A stretch of 64,000 nt of DNA, taken from a virus. The stretch spans positions 32,001-96,000 of IMG/VR virus record IMGVR_UViG_3300017977_000066; one strand, given 5' to 3'. Below, piece after piece: positions 27,489-38,127 of the stretch. Below the pieces are notes generated by a model that saw only the letters and a program-made list of their open reading frames with translations, had not been told where the DNA came from and did no database searches. Position 1 is the stretch's first letter. Each line of letters opens with the position of its first letter. The translations under genes and the position numbers were made by a program.

Positions 27489-29513
27489 ATGATAAAAGCA
27501 GGTATAGAAACATTAATAAGGCCACAACTTAATGATGAGGTCATAACTCATATAGAAACTTTCTTCGGTAAGCTACATAAACTCTGTACGCAATTCTATA
27601 TTAAAGACATTATAACACCTAGTGAGTTCAATACTTCTTTTACTAAACTACAAGAGGAGTTCGATACTATCATCTATAATAGATTTAATTTCCATATCAC
27701 TATGAAACCATACTCTACATTTGCTATATTACCTATCTTTAATCAAGACCTAAAAGTAACTAAACCTTTGTCAATTACTAAAGATATTAAGAAAGCTTTA
27801 AAACAGATAAAAGAGTTTTCCTACTATATAGAAGATAATGAAGTTCTTATAGATACTAAGAATGCTAAGTTCCATAACTTCAAAGATACGTGGGTCATGA
27901 CATATCTCATAGACCCTGAGATGATACCATTGCTAACGGCTAGAGACTTCACCGTTATAACACTACATGAGATAGGGCATGTATTCACTCTTATAGAGAT
28001 GTATAGTAATACTACTAGACAAACAGCTAGTTTATCAAAAGCTTTATTATCCATAGATCCATATGGCGAACTATGTAAGTACATAGGCATCAGTAAGAAA
28101 GATAAAGATAATACTAAAGATGTTAGCCTATTGTTATATGATAAAGTAGATGATGATATGGAAAAAGTATTCTTAGCCTATGGTAGAGATGATGTAGATA
28201 CTGATTCTGAATATGAAGCAGATGATTTCGTTTCTAAGTTCGGGTTAAGTGGTGACCTTACTACTACACTTGTTAAGCTAACAGATGCTGAAAAGTTAGG
28301 TCTATCTAGAGCCCCAATATTATTTTTAACCATGACTACATTAGACAACTTAGCCTTCTTAATCTTGGCTGTACTTTTAGTGGATCTGCCTTTAGCCATC
28401 TCTTTAGTGGTAATAAGTATGTTAGTAAAGATAACTGTTTTCATATTTGATATAACTAATGTAACTAAAAATAGGAATCCATCTGGTGATGAACATGGTG
28501 ATTTTGGTACTAGAGTAGAACATCTTAGAGCTGGTATCATATCTGTTATAAGAACTACATCTTTAGATACTAAAGAGAAGAAACGGCTATTAAAACAACT
28601 AGATGCTATAGATAATAAGATAGATATCATCAATAAGAGTATATACAACTCCATACTAGGCTCTCTAGTTAACGATCTACTTAAACCTAACCTTAATATA
28701 CGGGATGAGCTTTCAAGTCTCTTATCGTCTCTTATAGACAATGAGCTTTATGTAAGTCAGGCAAGATTCGGAGTTGGAGTTGAAAATAGATTAGCAGCTA
28801 TAAAACCAAATGTCTTCATAACTAAAGATTCTTTATTCTCTAACTGGTTAGTTAATATCTTTAATAACACTGAAGATAAAATATTCTCTACACTAAATGA
28901 GCTATTGGATAAGTATGGGTTATACGTGGAATATAAAGATGGTTCATTAACAGTAAGATCTTTCAATGACTTAACAATATCTACTGGTATATCTACTATA
29001 GCCTTTATCCCTGTAGAGACAAGTGAAACTATCATAACACTAACACTAGATGCCGTTAAGCTAAATTATCTTCTAGCTAATGATAAAATAACAGTATACG
29101 ATATACAGAAGATACAACTTACAGATACTAAGTTCCTATATCTGGTAGAAGTAGAGAGATGCAAACATATAAGCTATAAGAGTGAGCTTGGTGAACAACT
29201 AAATAAACTTGTAGATGATATGGATGCTGCTGTTACTAGACATAGAGAAGAGTATGGTAGTTCTACAGCTGCTGTGCAGTTAGACATCATGTTAGCATCA
29301 GATGTCCCTAACCTAGACTTATTAAAAACAGACCTTATGTTAGCTAGATCTACTATAGATGGGTTACCTAATACAGCAGCTATAAATCTAGATCTACATA
29401 TGGGTAACATCATGCTTAATAAAACAGGTAGAATTGTTATAACAGATCCTATATACTATAGTGCTGGTTTAGCTAGTAAAGTTTCTAATGATATAGATAT
29501 AGATAACTTATAA
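27489..29513 (+). CDS. Probable head protein: HExxH domain, TM segment, kinase-like C-terminal domain
   Basis: N-terminal AGIE, LHEIGH, hydrophobic stretch, internal GVE, DLHMGNIM...ITDP. Confidence 0.65.
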   Translation: MIKAGIETLIRPQLNDEVITHIETFFGKLHKLCTQFYIKDIITPSEFNTSFTKLQEEFDTIIYNRFNFHITMKPYSTFAILPIFNQDLKVTKPLSITKDIKKALKQIKEFSYYIEDNEVLIDTKNAKFHNFKDTWVMTYLIDPEMIPLLTARDFTVITLHEIGHVFTLIEMYSNTTRQTASLSKALLSIDPYGELCKYIGISKKDKDNTKDVSLLLYDKVDDDMEKVFLAYGRDDVDTDSEYEADDFVSKFGLSGDLTTTLVKLTDAEKLGLSRAPILFLTMTTLDNLAFLILAVLLVDLPLAISLVVISMLVKITVFIFDITNVTKNRNPSGDEHGDFGTRVEHLRAGIISVIRTTSLDTKEKKRLLKQLDAIDNKIDIINKSIYNSILGSLVNDLLKPNLNIRDELSSLLSSLIDNELYVSQARFGVGVENRLAAIKPNVFITKDSLFSNWLVNIFNNTEDKIFSTLNELLDKYGLYVEYKDGSLTVRSFNDLTISTGISTIAFIPVETSETIITLTLDAVKLNYLLANDKITVYDIQKIQLTDTKFLYLVEVERCKHISYKSELGEQLNKLVDDMDAAVTRHREEYGSSTAAVQLDIMLASDVPNLDLLKTDLMLARSTIDGLPNTAAINLDLHMGNIMLNKTGRIVITDPIYYSAGLASKVSNDIDIDNL

Positions 29514-29517
29514 CACA

Positions 29518-29553
29518 TACTAGCAGGTAGTTTTGCCTGCTAGTAATTTTTTT
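29518..29553 (+). terminator. Terminator hairpin
   Basis: TACTAGCAGG/CCTGCTAGTA plus T-tract. Confidence 0.7.
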
Positions 29554-29602
29554 ATTAATTATGCTGATATAAAAAACATAACGATGAGAAGGATTTATCA
29601 AT

Positions 29603-30073
29603 ATGAAAAATATAACTATAGCTTTTAAAAAGATCAGAGAAGACTCTGATTTAATAAGTAAAATCATAGGTTGGAAACAAGGCACTAAGTATAGCCATGT
29701 TGAGATAGGATTTGAAGTTAAACCTAGTGTATATAACTCACTAGTGGCGTTACCAGTAGATTCAGGTATATATTTAGAAGAGAAGATGTATTTCCATGAT
29801 AAATGGGATACCATGCAACTAGAAGTTACAGATAAACAATATGCATTAGCTATGCATATAGTGGATGGTTATGTTGGTAAGAGATACGATAAACTTGGCA
29901 TAGCAGGATTTGTATTACCAGTAAGAGACGAAGAGGGTGCGTGGTTCTGTAGTGAAGCTGTAGCTAATGTATTAAAATGCTTAGGCCATAAAGACATGTT
30001 CTATGTAGAACCTTCTAGAGTAGGTATTAAAAGACTATTAGAGATATTGGATTTTGAAAATAATAAAAAGTAG
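29603..30073 (+). CDS. Permuted papain-like NlpC/P60 (YiiX-like) protein
   Basis: YSHVEI...G.RYD..G...WFCSEAVA (His before Cys). Confidence 0.8.
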   Translation: MKNITIAFKKIREDSDLISKIIGWKQGTKYSHVEIGFEVKPSVYNSLVALPVDSGIYLEEKMYFHDKWDTMQLEVTDKQYALAMHIVDGYVGKRYDKLGIAGFVLPVRDEEGAWFCSEAVANVLKCLGHKDMFYVEPSRVGIKRLLEILDFENNKK

Positions 30074-30095
30074 ATAACCATAGAGATTATGACTT

Positions 30096-30122
30096 TATAT
30101 TACTAATATGAGCCTAGAGCTT
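30096..30122 (+). promoter_or_regulatory. Early promoter of phuZ
   Basis: TATATTACTAATATGAGCCTAGAGCTT. Confidence 0.8.
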
Positions 30123-30154
30123 AAAATAAATTAAATAAACATAAGGAGCTACAC

Positions 30155-31198
30155 ATGACAGGTGTACTACATTTAATAGCTACTGGAGGTTGCGGTATCA
30201 ATCTCTTAGCCGATATAAAACCAGAGCTAGAGAAATTAGGAGGATCTTTCGCTAAGATCAAATATAGTTACATAGATACTACAGATAAGACCATACAAGC
30301 TCACGCTGATCTAGCTGAAGATTTTACTCTTATCAAAAGCAAAAGAGCTAGTGTTGACTCTATAGATGGTATGGGCGGAGAGAGAGCTTCCAAAGAAGCT
30401 ACTATGGATATTAATGCCAACATCAAAGAGTATGTAGATAAACTAACTAATGATGCTCATGTATACTATGTAGTCATATCTTCTGGTTCAGGTGCAAGTG
30501 GTAGTCTTATATCACCACTGCTAACTAAAGAGCTTTTAGCTAAAGGTTGTAATACAGTAGTAACACTTGTTGGTGATAGTAGTAACCTATTAGGTTTACA
30601 TAATACTATTAACACTATCTCTACATTCCAATCTATAGTTAGTGTAAAGAAAGGTAGAAAGAATCCAAGTGCTGCTTCTTTACCTATGATATATTATAGC
30701 AATACTGTAGATGGTAATACAACCCCATCTACTGAAAAAGCTGTTAACGATAGAGTATTTAAGATGTTATCTATCTTAGCTATGTATACTTCTGGTTCTA
30801 TACAAAATATAGATAATACAGATATGGGATTGTTCTTTAGAGCATCTAACTATAAATCTGTGGATGTTGATCCAGGTTTATATACACTAGGTGTGGCTAT
30901 AGGTAGTCTTGATGATAAATTAACAGTTATGGCCAGAACAGTTATAAGTGAAGATGAGTCTGTAGATGTTAAGATACCATTAGTACATAACAAGATAGGT
31001 ATAGCTGCTGATGACTTTAAAGAGTATTTTAAAGAGCTTCCTCTATACCTACTTTTAAGAACTGGTATCATGAATGTTGAAGTTAGAAAGCTTAAAGAGA
31101 CATTAGATAGTATGGAAGAGAAGCGCCATACTAACTATGAAGACATCGAGTCTTTAGATAGATCTGAACTAGATGATGATCTAGGAGTAGTAGTTTAA
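30155..31198 (+). CDS. phuZ: Phage tubulin PhuZ
   Basis: GGCGINL, YIDT, GMGG, SGSGASGS loop, acidic DDDLGVVV tail; early promoter. Confidence 0.92.
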   Translation: MTGVLHLIATGGCGINLLADIKPELEKLGGSFAKIKYSYIDTTDKTIQAHADLAEDFTLIKSKRASVDSIDGMGGERASKEATMDINANIKEYVDKLTNDAHVYYVVISSGSGASGSLISPLLTKELLAKGCNTVVTLVGDSSNLLGLHNTINTISTFQSIVSVKKGRKNPSAASLPMIYYSNTVDGNTTPSTEKAVNDRVFKMLSILAMYTSGSIQNIDNTDMGLFFRASNYKSVDVDPGLYTLGVAIGSLDDKLTVMARTVISEDESVDVKIPLVHNKIGIAADDFKEYFKELPLYLLLRTGIMNVEVRKLKETLDSMEEKRHTNYEDIESLDRSELDDDLGVVV

Positions 31199-31256
31199 TA
31201 TATAGGTAGGTGAAGCATAGGCTTCATCTGCTTAGTTTTCATTTCTTTTTTAGCTA

Positions 31257-31295
31257 TATATTACTTATACGAGACTAAGATTATTTAATTAGCTC
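31257..31295 (+). promoter_or_regulatory. Early promoter plus leader hairpin
   Basis: TATATTACTTATACG AGACTAAG...TTAGCTC. Confidence 0.75.
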
Positions 31296-31371
31296 TAATT
31301 TAAAAAACAGGAGGCTAGGATGCCGTTATATACCATTTATTACATGGTTTTAATAAAATGAAAGGATCAGT

Positions 31372-31656
31372 ATGGTTAAGAAGTATAGAGCATATGCTAT
31401 ACTCGTTAGATGTGATAAGCCACCTACTAAAGTAGATGTAGTTAGAAGCATGTACAAGTTACAGCTAGCTATTGATTTCGATAGATACAAACACATGCTT
31501 TATGGTCACTATCAGAGAGAGTCTACTGATATAAAGGTTTACGATCTCCTACTTAAGATATTCCAACTAGAGGAGCAGGTAGTACTTACTAATATAAGTA
31601 TTATTAATAAGGTAGTGAGGGTTGAGTTTATTTCACATAAGGAAGAAGTAATATGA
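31372..31656 (+). CDS. Hypothetical protein
   Basis: ORF with RBS in early operon. Confidence 0.65.
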   Translation: MVKKYRAYAILVRCDKPPTKVDVVRSMYKLQLAIDFDRYKHMLYGHYQRESTDIKVYDLLLKIFQLEEQVVLTNISIINKVVRVEFISHKEEVI

Positions 31657-32369
31657 ATGTAAAGTTATTAGAAGATGGTATGATTTTGAACACTAATAAG
31701 TTTAAGATAACCTCTGTTATGGTATTAGATATACATAAATACCCGTATCTAAAAGAGTTTAATGATTCACTTAGAGAGCTAAAGTATGGTAGTGAAGCTA
31801 TATATAGTAGGGATAGTGTATTACCACTAGTTAAGTTCGGAGAGTATATAGAGGTAAATGGCTACCAAAGGTATATCCATAGCTTAGATGATTTTATTGA
31901 GTCTATTAAAGATAGTAAAACAACAATAACTCTTAATGGCATAAAATTTAATAAATCTATGGTAAGGTATATGGGTAATCTTTTAAGTACTACACCTCCA
32001 TATGATATAGGGTTCAGTTTGTTATCTGAGCATATAGAATCTTATATAATGCTATATGAGCATATGGATAGTAGTCTAGTACTTGAAGATACATTAGGTA
32101 TAACTAGTACTACTGTATTAGTGAATAGATCAGCTGTTAACTATGAAGAGTTCTCTGACTACTTACAAGCACATATACATAACATTAGTAAAGAACTTCT
32201 AGATATGGGAGAGAGACTTTACCATAACATATTGACAGATATCATAAATAGTATAAGTGGTCTTCATAACCACTCTGTAGCTATAGATATCAGTGAAAAT
32301 AGAGTTTCGGTTACACTATATGCCTCTCCAGTAGAACGGAGATATCATCTAGCAGTAGCAGAGGATTAA
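31653..32369 (+). CDS. Hypothetical protein
   Basis: ORF in operon. Confidence 0.7.
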   Translation: MNVKLLEDGMILNTNKFKITSVMVLDIHKYPYLKEFNDSLRELKYGSEAIYSRDSVLPLVKFGEYIEVNGYQRYIHSLDDFIESIKDSKTTITLNGIKFNKSMVRYMGNLLSTTPPYDIGFSLLSEHIESYIMLYEHMDSSLVLEDTLGITSTTVLVNRSAVNYEEFSDYLQAHIHNISKELLDMGERLYHNILTDIINSISGLHNHSVAIDISENRVSVTLYASPVERRYHLAVAED

Positions 32370-32375
32370 AAAAAG

Positions 32376-32936
32376 GTGAGTGGGATGACATATAAGGAAT
32401 TAGGATTTGGCTTACCTAACAAGGATATAGCCATACATAAAAGCACTAAGTCCATAGCTACTGTAGACATAGCGTCTAACATACAGTTCAGATTAGCTAT
32501 GTTATATGTAGACTTAGATAAGATAGCCGCTGTTCATAAGGATGTCTTCAAGCAGCATGAAGTCATAGATGATTTTGTTAGACTAGTATCTAAACTTCTA
32601 ACTGATGCAGTATCGCATAGTGGTATAGGGTTAGACTCCATAGATTATACATGTCGTCTATTTACAGCAAGTATAGATGCCTATATAGCTAAAGATGCTA
32701 TACAATGTTATGTGCGAGCAGAAGACATAAACTATAACCAACTATATGCCCTCATTCATGAGTTAACGTCTAACATCATGGTTATGTTGCATAAGTTCGG
32801 TATAAGCAGAGAGGAAGCTATTTGTCTACCATGTAGTTTAGATGTAGAAACTGAGCCAGGTGGCTTCGAGTATTTTAGTGGTTGGATGACACATAAGACC
32901 ATAGGCATAAATGTTTTAGTATTATTAGAATTTTAG
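32376..32936 (+). CDS. Hypothetical protein
   Basis: ORF in operon. Confidence 0.65.
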   Translation: MSGMTYKELGFGLPNKDIAIHKSTKSIATVDIASNIQFRLAMLYVDLDKIAAVHKDVFKQHEVIDDFVRLVSKLLTDAVSHSGIGLDSIDYTCRLFTASIDAYIAKDAIQCYVRAEDINYNQLYALIHELTSNIMVMLHKFGISREEAICLPCSLDVETEPGGFEYFSGWMTHKTIGINVLVLLEF

Positions 32937-32948
32937 GAGTAGAATATT

Positions 32949-33290
32949 ATGGTTGTAGAGAAAGAATTTAACATAGGACCTTTTAAAGCCTTCTTAGGTA
33001 AAGTTATCCTAAGGGAACCTACCGAATGGTTCTTTATAGAGAATTATTCGTTAAAAGATTTATCATTAGTACTGGATAAGTATTTTTATATAATAGGTAA
33101 AGAATATGCTGATACTCCTAACTTAGAGCATCTGTTTCATGTTCTATGTATATTTCACACAGCTTTAATAAGAAGAGCTCCTGAAGCTAGAGCAGTACTA
33201 AACAACATAGTAGTTATGGATAGGTATGTTAATGAAAATGGTAAGGATGTCATAAAGGTAAAATACTTTTATGATAAGGATGTAGAATAA
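32949..33290 (+). CDS. Hypothetical protein
   Basis: AGGAG RBS. Confidence 0.7.
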   Translation: MVVEKEFNIGPFKAFLGKVILREPTEWFFIENYSLKDLSLVLDKYFYIIGKEYADTPNLEHLFHVLCIFHTALIRRAPEARAVLNNIVVMDRYVNENGKDVIKVKYFYDKDVE

Positions 33291-33300
33291 GGAGAATGTT

Positions 33301-33834
33301 ATGGAATTAGGTGACATCGTATATGATAAACTAGAAGTTAATCATATAACTACAGTCATGCTAGCAGATGTTCTAGATACAGTTATAACCCATAAGAAAG
33401 ACTTCAGTGGGTTCACTAAGACAATATTAGACATAAGCTACTTATTACCTAATATTAAAGAACTCATATCCATGCTTAAGATACCTGGAGAGTATGGGGC
33501 TGATGATATCATAAGTACTAGTATCATCATAGAGATACTATTTAATGTAGCTAGTGGTTTGGATGATGAAGTTGATGATGAAGCTATCATGTACGAGATA
33601 GAGAGTATGTTCATAGATAGTCTTATGACATATGGTAACTTCGATACTAATAGGTTAGATAGTAACCCTGCTGTATATGAGGCTTATACTTTATTAATAA
33701 GAGATATGGTTAATAGTCTTAAAGTTATCATAGATAGCTTAGCTTTTAACGAGCATACTGAGTATATCTTTATAGGTAAAAAAGTCATAAATTATGACAA
33801 GATGAGATTTATAGTTAATATAAACATAATTTAA
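33301..33834 (+). CDS. Hypothetical acidic protein
   Basis: AAGGAG RBS; terminator follows. Confidence 0.7.
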   Translation: MELGDIVYDKLEVNHITTVMLADVLDTVITHKKDFSGFTKTILDISYLLPNIKELISMLKIPGEYGADDIISTSIIIEILFNVASGLDDEVDDEAIMYEIESMFIDSLMTYGNFDTNRLDSNPAVYEAYTLLIRDMVNSLKVIIDSLAFNEHTEYIFIGKKVINYDKMRFIVNINII

Positions 33835-33917
33835 TAAAAGATAGGGTATTTAACTCTATCTTTTATATTTGTTTTTTTCTTTTAAATTAGCTGAATATCC
33901 ATAATCAAGGAGTGTAA

Positions 33918-34319
33918 ATGTTATTTGAATTAAAGAAGACGTATAACTTTAATACAGTTAGTATGTCAGTATTAGATTTTAGTTATAAGAATTTAACAGT
34001 TTTAAGTTATTTAGGTTTTGACCAAGCTATAAAGTATTCAGGTGTCTACAATGATGTTGTTACTATAAGAGAACAATTAATAGTAGAGACATCTAAGTCC
34101 TTCATAGAGTCTAAGGATGCTATATATGTACTCTTCAAAAGCAGTGATGGTACTGAAGTACTTCTAGCAGAAGATTGGGTAGATGCTGACTCTATAGAAC
34201 TTGTACAGGACATAAGTCTTGCTCTAACTATAAAAGACATTACAACTAGCGATACAGCTATCATAATGGATACCTTAAGAGCTTTAGGATATAACGATAT
34301 AGATTCGCACATAATATAG
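33918..34319 (+). CDS. Conserved phiKZ-like hypothetical protein
   Basis: AAGGAG RBS; W..DSIE and I...L..LGY pattern. Confidence 0.6.
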   Translation: MLFELKKTYNFNTVSMSVLDFSYKNLTVLSYLGFDQAIKYSGVYNDVVTIREQLIVETSKSFIESKDAIYVLFKSSDGTEVLLAEDWVDADSIELVQDISLALTIKDITTSDTAIIMDTLRALGYNDIDSHII

Positions 34320-34327
34320 GATAGGTC

Positions 34328-36427
34328 ATGTTACAGGATTTTATAAAAGAGAAAAGAAATAAGGATACTGTTATACAAGATGAAGTCCCTATTTTAGATG
34401 GTGATTGGGTTAGTACCGGCTTCTTAGTAAAAGCTGAAGACCTAGATGGCCTCTATAAGACTCTTAGGTTCAGTAGTCCTGCAGATAGGAAATTTGTAGA
34501 TACATCTATGGGAGGTAACATAAGCATCAACTGTTTTCCTCAGTTCACTAGGTATTGTGACATCCGTAGTAAGGGTATCCTAAATGGTCGTAATGATGTT
34601 AAAGTTAATGATTTAAATGGTAATGTAGGTATGGGTGAGTATTATGCTACAACTATAGATGATAACTCTACAGATGTGTTCTTTGAGTTTGGAGTACCAG
34701 AGTTTAACAATATAGCATTCTTTCTTCTTTCTTCTATAGACTATAAACAAGCAGTAGTTGCTAATAGCGGTAGAAGTCCTCTCTTCTATGATGCTGGTTA
34801 TGTATTTGGATTAGGTGCTTTATTCATGGCTTTCCCTTTAATAACTATAGGACTATTAGTAGCTAAAGCTGTATTCAGTGTTGCTACCAGTATATTAGGC
34901 GGTGGCGGTAAATTCGATCACTATTATTTAAAGCCTACTATGTTCACATATTGGTCTACTGTTAACAGTTTAGTAACTATGATGTCTACTGAACTAGGCA
35001 TATTATCCCCATCTATGATGAAAGATAAAGCTAGCCCTGATAATGTAGGTGTTCCTCTAAAAATAGATGAGGATCAGCTAGCTGGTATAAGAAAACTATT
35101 ACCAGGATTAGTAACAGCAGACAACAGTATAAATGTACATGCTATGGTAGCTAGAACACAAGTTACCTATAGTAAGTATCTTATAAAGCAAGCTGGTACT
35201 ATAAAGAATCTAAATGCTAGTATAACTGGTAGTGATGCTTTACCACATGTAGATCCGTTTAAAATGGATATGGTTACATCTGACGAGCTAAGTGGTGATA
35301 ATAGCCTTTGGGCTAAACTAAAAACAGATCTTAAGAAAGATAAGAGATATGAAAATGGTGTTAAGCCTAAAGACCTTAAAGGCATCACTGAGAAGATAAC
35401 TACTGTAGTTGGTAAAGATCAGAAAGTCACTACTACATTAAACGATGACGGCTCTGTTGTCAGAGGTACTCGTAATGAAGATGATAGTGCTTGGTTATCA
35501 GCTGCTACTGATACAGCAAAATCTGTTTTCAATGAGGGTGCTAGATATGCTGTATTCAGAGTTAACCATCTAGATAGTATATCCGAGACATTCTCTAACT
35601 CAACAACTGATACTGGCGTAGGTGATACTTTAAATGGTGTTAGTAAGAAATGGAAAGAACTCTCTTTTACAGCAGGTGGTATCGCAGGCGAAACTTTAAA
35701 GGGTGCTGCTAGTGCTGTTTTAGATGCCGTTGTAGGAGCTACAGATGGCCTTACATTAGGTCTTAGTAATGTTGTAGCAGGTTTCTTAGCAGGAGCTAAT
35801 ATAGAGGTACCTAAGAGATGGGAGTCTAGTAGTGCTTCATTCCCATCATTAAACTTTAGTATGCAACTAGTATCTCCTAGTGCCCACCCTATAGCACAAC
35901 TAAGGAATATCTATATACCACTAGCTTCTATCTTAGCAGGAGCTCTTCCGTTAGCTACAGGTCCTAAGTCCCATACATCTCCATTCATATGTAATATGTT
36001 CGTAAGAGGTAGACAGAGAGTTAATTTAGGTATGATAACATCCTTAACTATCACTAGAGGAGTTTCTAACCTACCTTATAACAAACAGAAGAGACCTTTA
36101 GCCATAGATGTTAGTTTTACAGTAACAGATTTCTATAGTGTAGTATCAGCACCAGTAGCACAAGATCTATTATCTGCTGGTAACACTATGTTCGATGATG
36201 AGGCCGGTATAAATCGTTATATACAATCATTATGTGCCAGAGATCTTTATTCTACTACACATGTTTTTGATAGAGCTAGGATTAAAACATCTAGACTATT
36301 ACAATCTGCGCATCTTGCAGTATCACCTGAAACAGTAGGAGCATGGGCTAGTGATAGTTTTTCATCTGGTACATTATTCTCTTTATTCGGTGATAATAAG
36401 AAAATTAACTACAGTGAATTATATTAG
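34328..36427 (+). CDS. Baseplate/tail structural protein (phiKZ gp27-like)
   Basis: FVDTSMGGNISIN..PQFTRY.D, FGVPEFN, LGMITSL.ITRG; near sheath and tube genes. Confidence 0.65.
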   Translation: MLQDFIKEKRNKDTVIQDEVPILDGDWVSTGFLVKAEDLDGLYKTLRFSSPADRKFVDTSMGGNISINCFPQFTRYCDIRSKGILNGRNDVKVNDLNGNVGMGEYYATTIDDNSTDVFFEFGVPEFNNIAFFLLSSIDYKQAVVANSGRSPLFYDAGYVFGLGALFMAFPLITIGLLVAKAVFSVATSILGGGGKFDHYYLKPTMFTYWSTVNSLVTMMSTELGILSPSMMKDKASPDNVGVPLKIDEDQLAGIRKLLPGLVTADNSINVHAMVARTQVTYSKYLIKQAGTIKNLNASITGSDALPHVDPFKMDMVTSDELSGDNSLWAKLKTDLKKDKRYENGVKPKDLKGITEKITTVVGKDQKVTTTLNDDGSVVRGTRNEDDSAWLSAATDTAKSVFNEGARYAVFRVNHLDSISETFSNSTTDTGVGDTLNGVSKKWKELSFTAGGIAGETLKGAASAVLDAVVGATDGLTLGLSNVVAGFLAGANIEVPKRWESSSASFPSLNFSMQLVSPSAHPIAQLRNIYIPLASILAGALPLATGPKSHTSPFICNMFVRGRQRVNLGMITSLTITRGVSNLPYNKQKRPLAIDVSFTVTDFYSVVSAPVAQDLLSAGNTMFDDEAGINRYIQSLCARDLYSTTHVFDRARIKTSRLLQSAHLAVSPETVGAWASDSFSSGTLFSLFGDNKKINYSELY

Positions 36428-36431
36428 CACA

Positions 36432-36458
36432 CTATAAGGATACCATGTATCCTTATAG
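36432..36458. terminator. Bidirectional terminator
   Basis: 12-bp stem between convergent genes. Confidence 0.7.
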
Positions 36459-37454
36459 CTATGCTATCATACCTAATTTAAAACCGCTTGTATTCGCTAG
36501 TACTGATGACTTTAGCTTATCTATAACACTAAGCTTCTGTGAGTTATTAACAGCTGATAACAAGCTACTATTTTCATAGTTACTTATAGTAGAATCTAGC
36601 GTAGCATTATCAGCTAGCTTAGTTATGTCATTATTACCAGCTAGATCCGTTATAGAGCTATAGCCCATAGCTTCATCTACTACAGAGTTCTTCTCTATAA
36701 CACCACTCTTTTTCATAACATCAGATACATTCATATGCTTACCAGGATTACTCATACCACTAAAAGATGCCTTATAGAGGTTCTTAGTATCACCAGTAGT
36801 TATGGCATCCTTAGCAGCATCTATAGAGAACTTACCCTGTACATTACCTTTAACCACAGCTCCTAATAGATTAGTCTTAGCAGTAGCATCTAAACTATCA
36901 TCAGCCATGATAGACTCTATATCTGCGCTGGCTACCTTAGTAGCATCTTTACTACTCTTATCACAATTAGCAGCATACATAATTGACGACATCAGAGATC
37001 TAGATGCTGAATTATTATACGAGAAGTTAATAGAGTTACATCTAGCATCATTTAAGTCATATAAGCCTTTCTTAAAATCTAATCCTTTACCATGTGGATT
37101 TAAACTATCTATACCAAGACATTTGAAACTATCAAACATCCCACTAGTATGTAGATAGGATAACTTAAGCTTAGGTAGGTTAGACATATTAATACCGTTA
37201 AACATGCCTCCTAGTTTGTTAAGAGCATTAAGATTACCAAGTTTCCAATCTGGTACATCAAAGCCAAAATCTAAACCTTTTAGATGTGGTAGGCTAAAAT
37301 CTAGATCTGGTGTTGATCCAGAACATGATATAGCCGATTTAGCATTAGAAGACTTGATGCTGTTTAAAGCACTTGAAGCTGAAGACGATGTTGTTGTAGA
37401 AGATATTTTATTATTAGTACTAGCAACACTAGTATTAGGTATATTTAAACTCAT
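36459..37454 (-). CDS. Probable virion structural protein
   Basis: Ser-rich N-terminus, tail gene block, TTGAA motif upstream. Confidence 0.5.
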   Translation of the reverse strand: MSLNIPNTSVASTNNKISSTTTSSSASSALNSIKSSNAKSAISCSGSTPDLDFSLPHLKGLDFGFDVPDWKLGNLNALNKLGGMFNGINMSNLPKLKLSYLHTSGMFDSFKCLGIDSLNPHGKGLDFKKGLYDLNDARCNSINFSYNNSASRSLMSSIMYAANCDKSSKDATKVASADIESIMADDSLDATAKTNLLGAVVKGNVQGKFSIDAAKDAITTGDTKNLYKASFSGMSNPGKHMNVSDVMKKSGVIEKNSVVDEAMGYSSITDLAGNNDITKLADNATLDSTISNYENSSLLSAVNNSQKLSVIDKLKSSVLANTSGFKLGMIA

Positions 37455-37541
37455 AGCTTATCCTTTATAATTTCAATCAAAAAAAGCAGTTATGCTTAGT
37501 AGTATATATAAACTAATGCTAGTTCAAAAAAATTTTAACCT

Positions 37542-37570
37542 TATATTACTTATATGAACCTAGTAGTAGG
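37542..37570 (+). promoter_or_regulatory. Early promoter
   Basis: TATATTACTTATATGAACCTAG. Confidence 0.75.
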
Positions 37571-37605
37571 TATTAAAAAACACACAATGTTAAAAGGAGT
37601 CTCAT

Positions 37606-38055
37606 ATGAGCAAAGTAGAAGTTAGCCTTAAAGGCACGGAAGTAGAAGTTGAAAAGAACGGTAAGGCTGCTAAAGTAAAGATAGGTGATGAGAAGCTTTA
37701 TTTAAATAAAGCTAGTGAAGCTGGTATTGAAAAGAAAACATTAGAAACAGTCGCTCACTTCGATGAGGCATATATCAATGCTGCTGTAGACAATGCGGTT
37801 GCCGAAGCTGAAGTAGTTCTTGTTGGTGACAAAGAGATAGATGAGGTAAATGTTGTAACGCCATTCGGTATTAATAAGTCATCTGTAGCTACTACAAATG
37901 TAAAGCGTGCTATGACTAGTCCTATCCCAGGCACTGATAAAAAAGTTACTAAGTCTCGTATTAAAAACATAGTAACTACAACTCGTTATAATGTGTCTAA
38001 AGCTCATATCAAAAAGCTTGCTGATGCACTATCTGAAAAAGTTGTTAATGCTTAA
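37606..38055 (+). CDS. Hypothetical early protein (Lys/Val-rich)
   Basis: Own TATATTAC promoter, AAGGAG RBS and terminator. Confidence 0.8.
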   Translation: MSKVEVSLKGTEVEVEKNGKAAKVKIGDEKLYLNKASEAGIEKKTLETVAHFDEAYINAAVDNAVAEAEVVLVGDKEIDEVNVVTPFGINKSSVATTNVKRAMTSPIPGTDKKVTKSRIKNIVTTTRYNVSKAHIKKLADALSEKVVNA

Positions 38056-38068
38056 GTGTTAACAAACA

Positions 38069-38104
38069 TATATACTACTAGGATATTATTCCTAGTAGTA
38101 TATA
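38069..38104. terminator. Bidirectional terminator, near copy of 11595-11631
   Basis: 15-bp stem between convergent genes. Confidence 0.75.
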
Positions 38105-38127
38105 GTTAGTTGCTCTCTTTTTTTATT

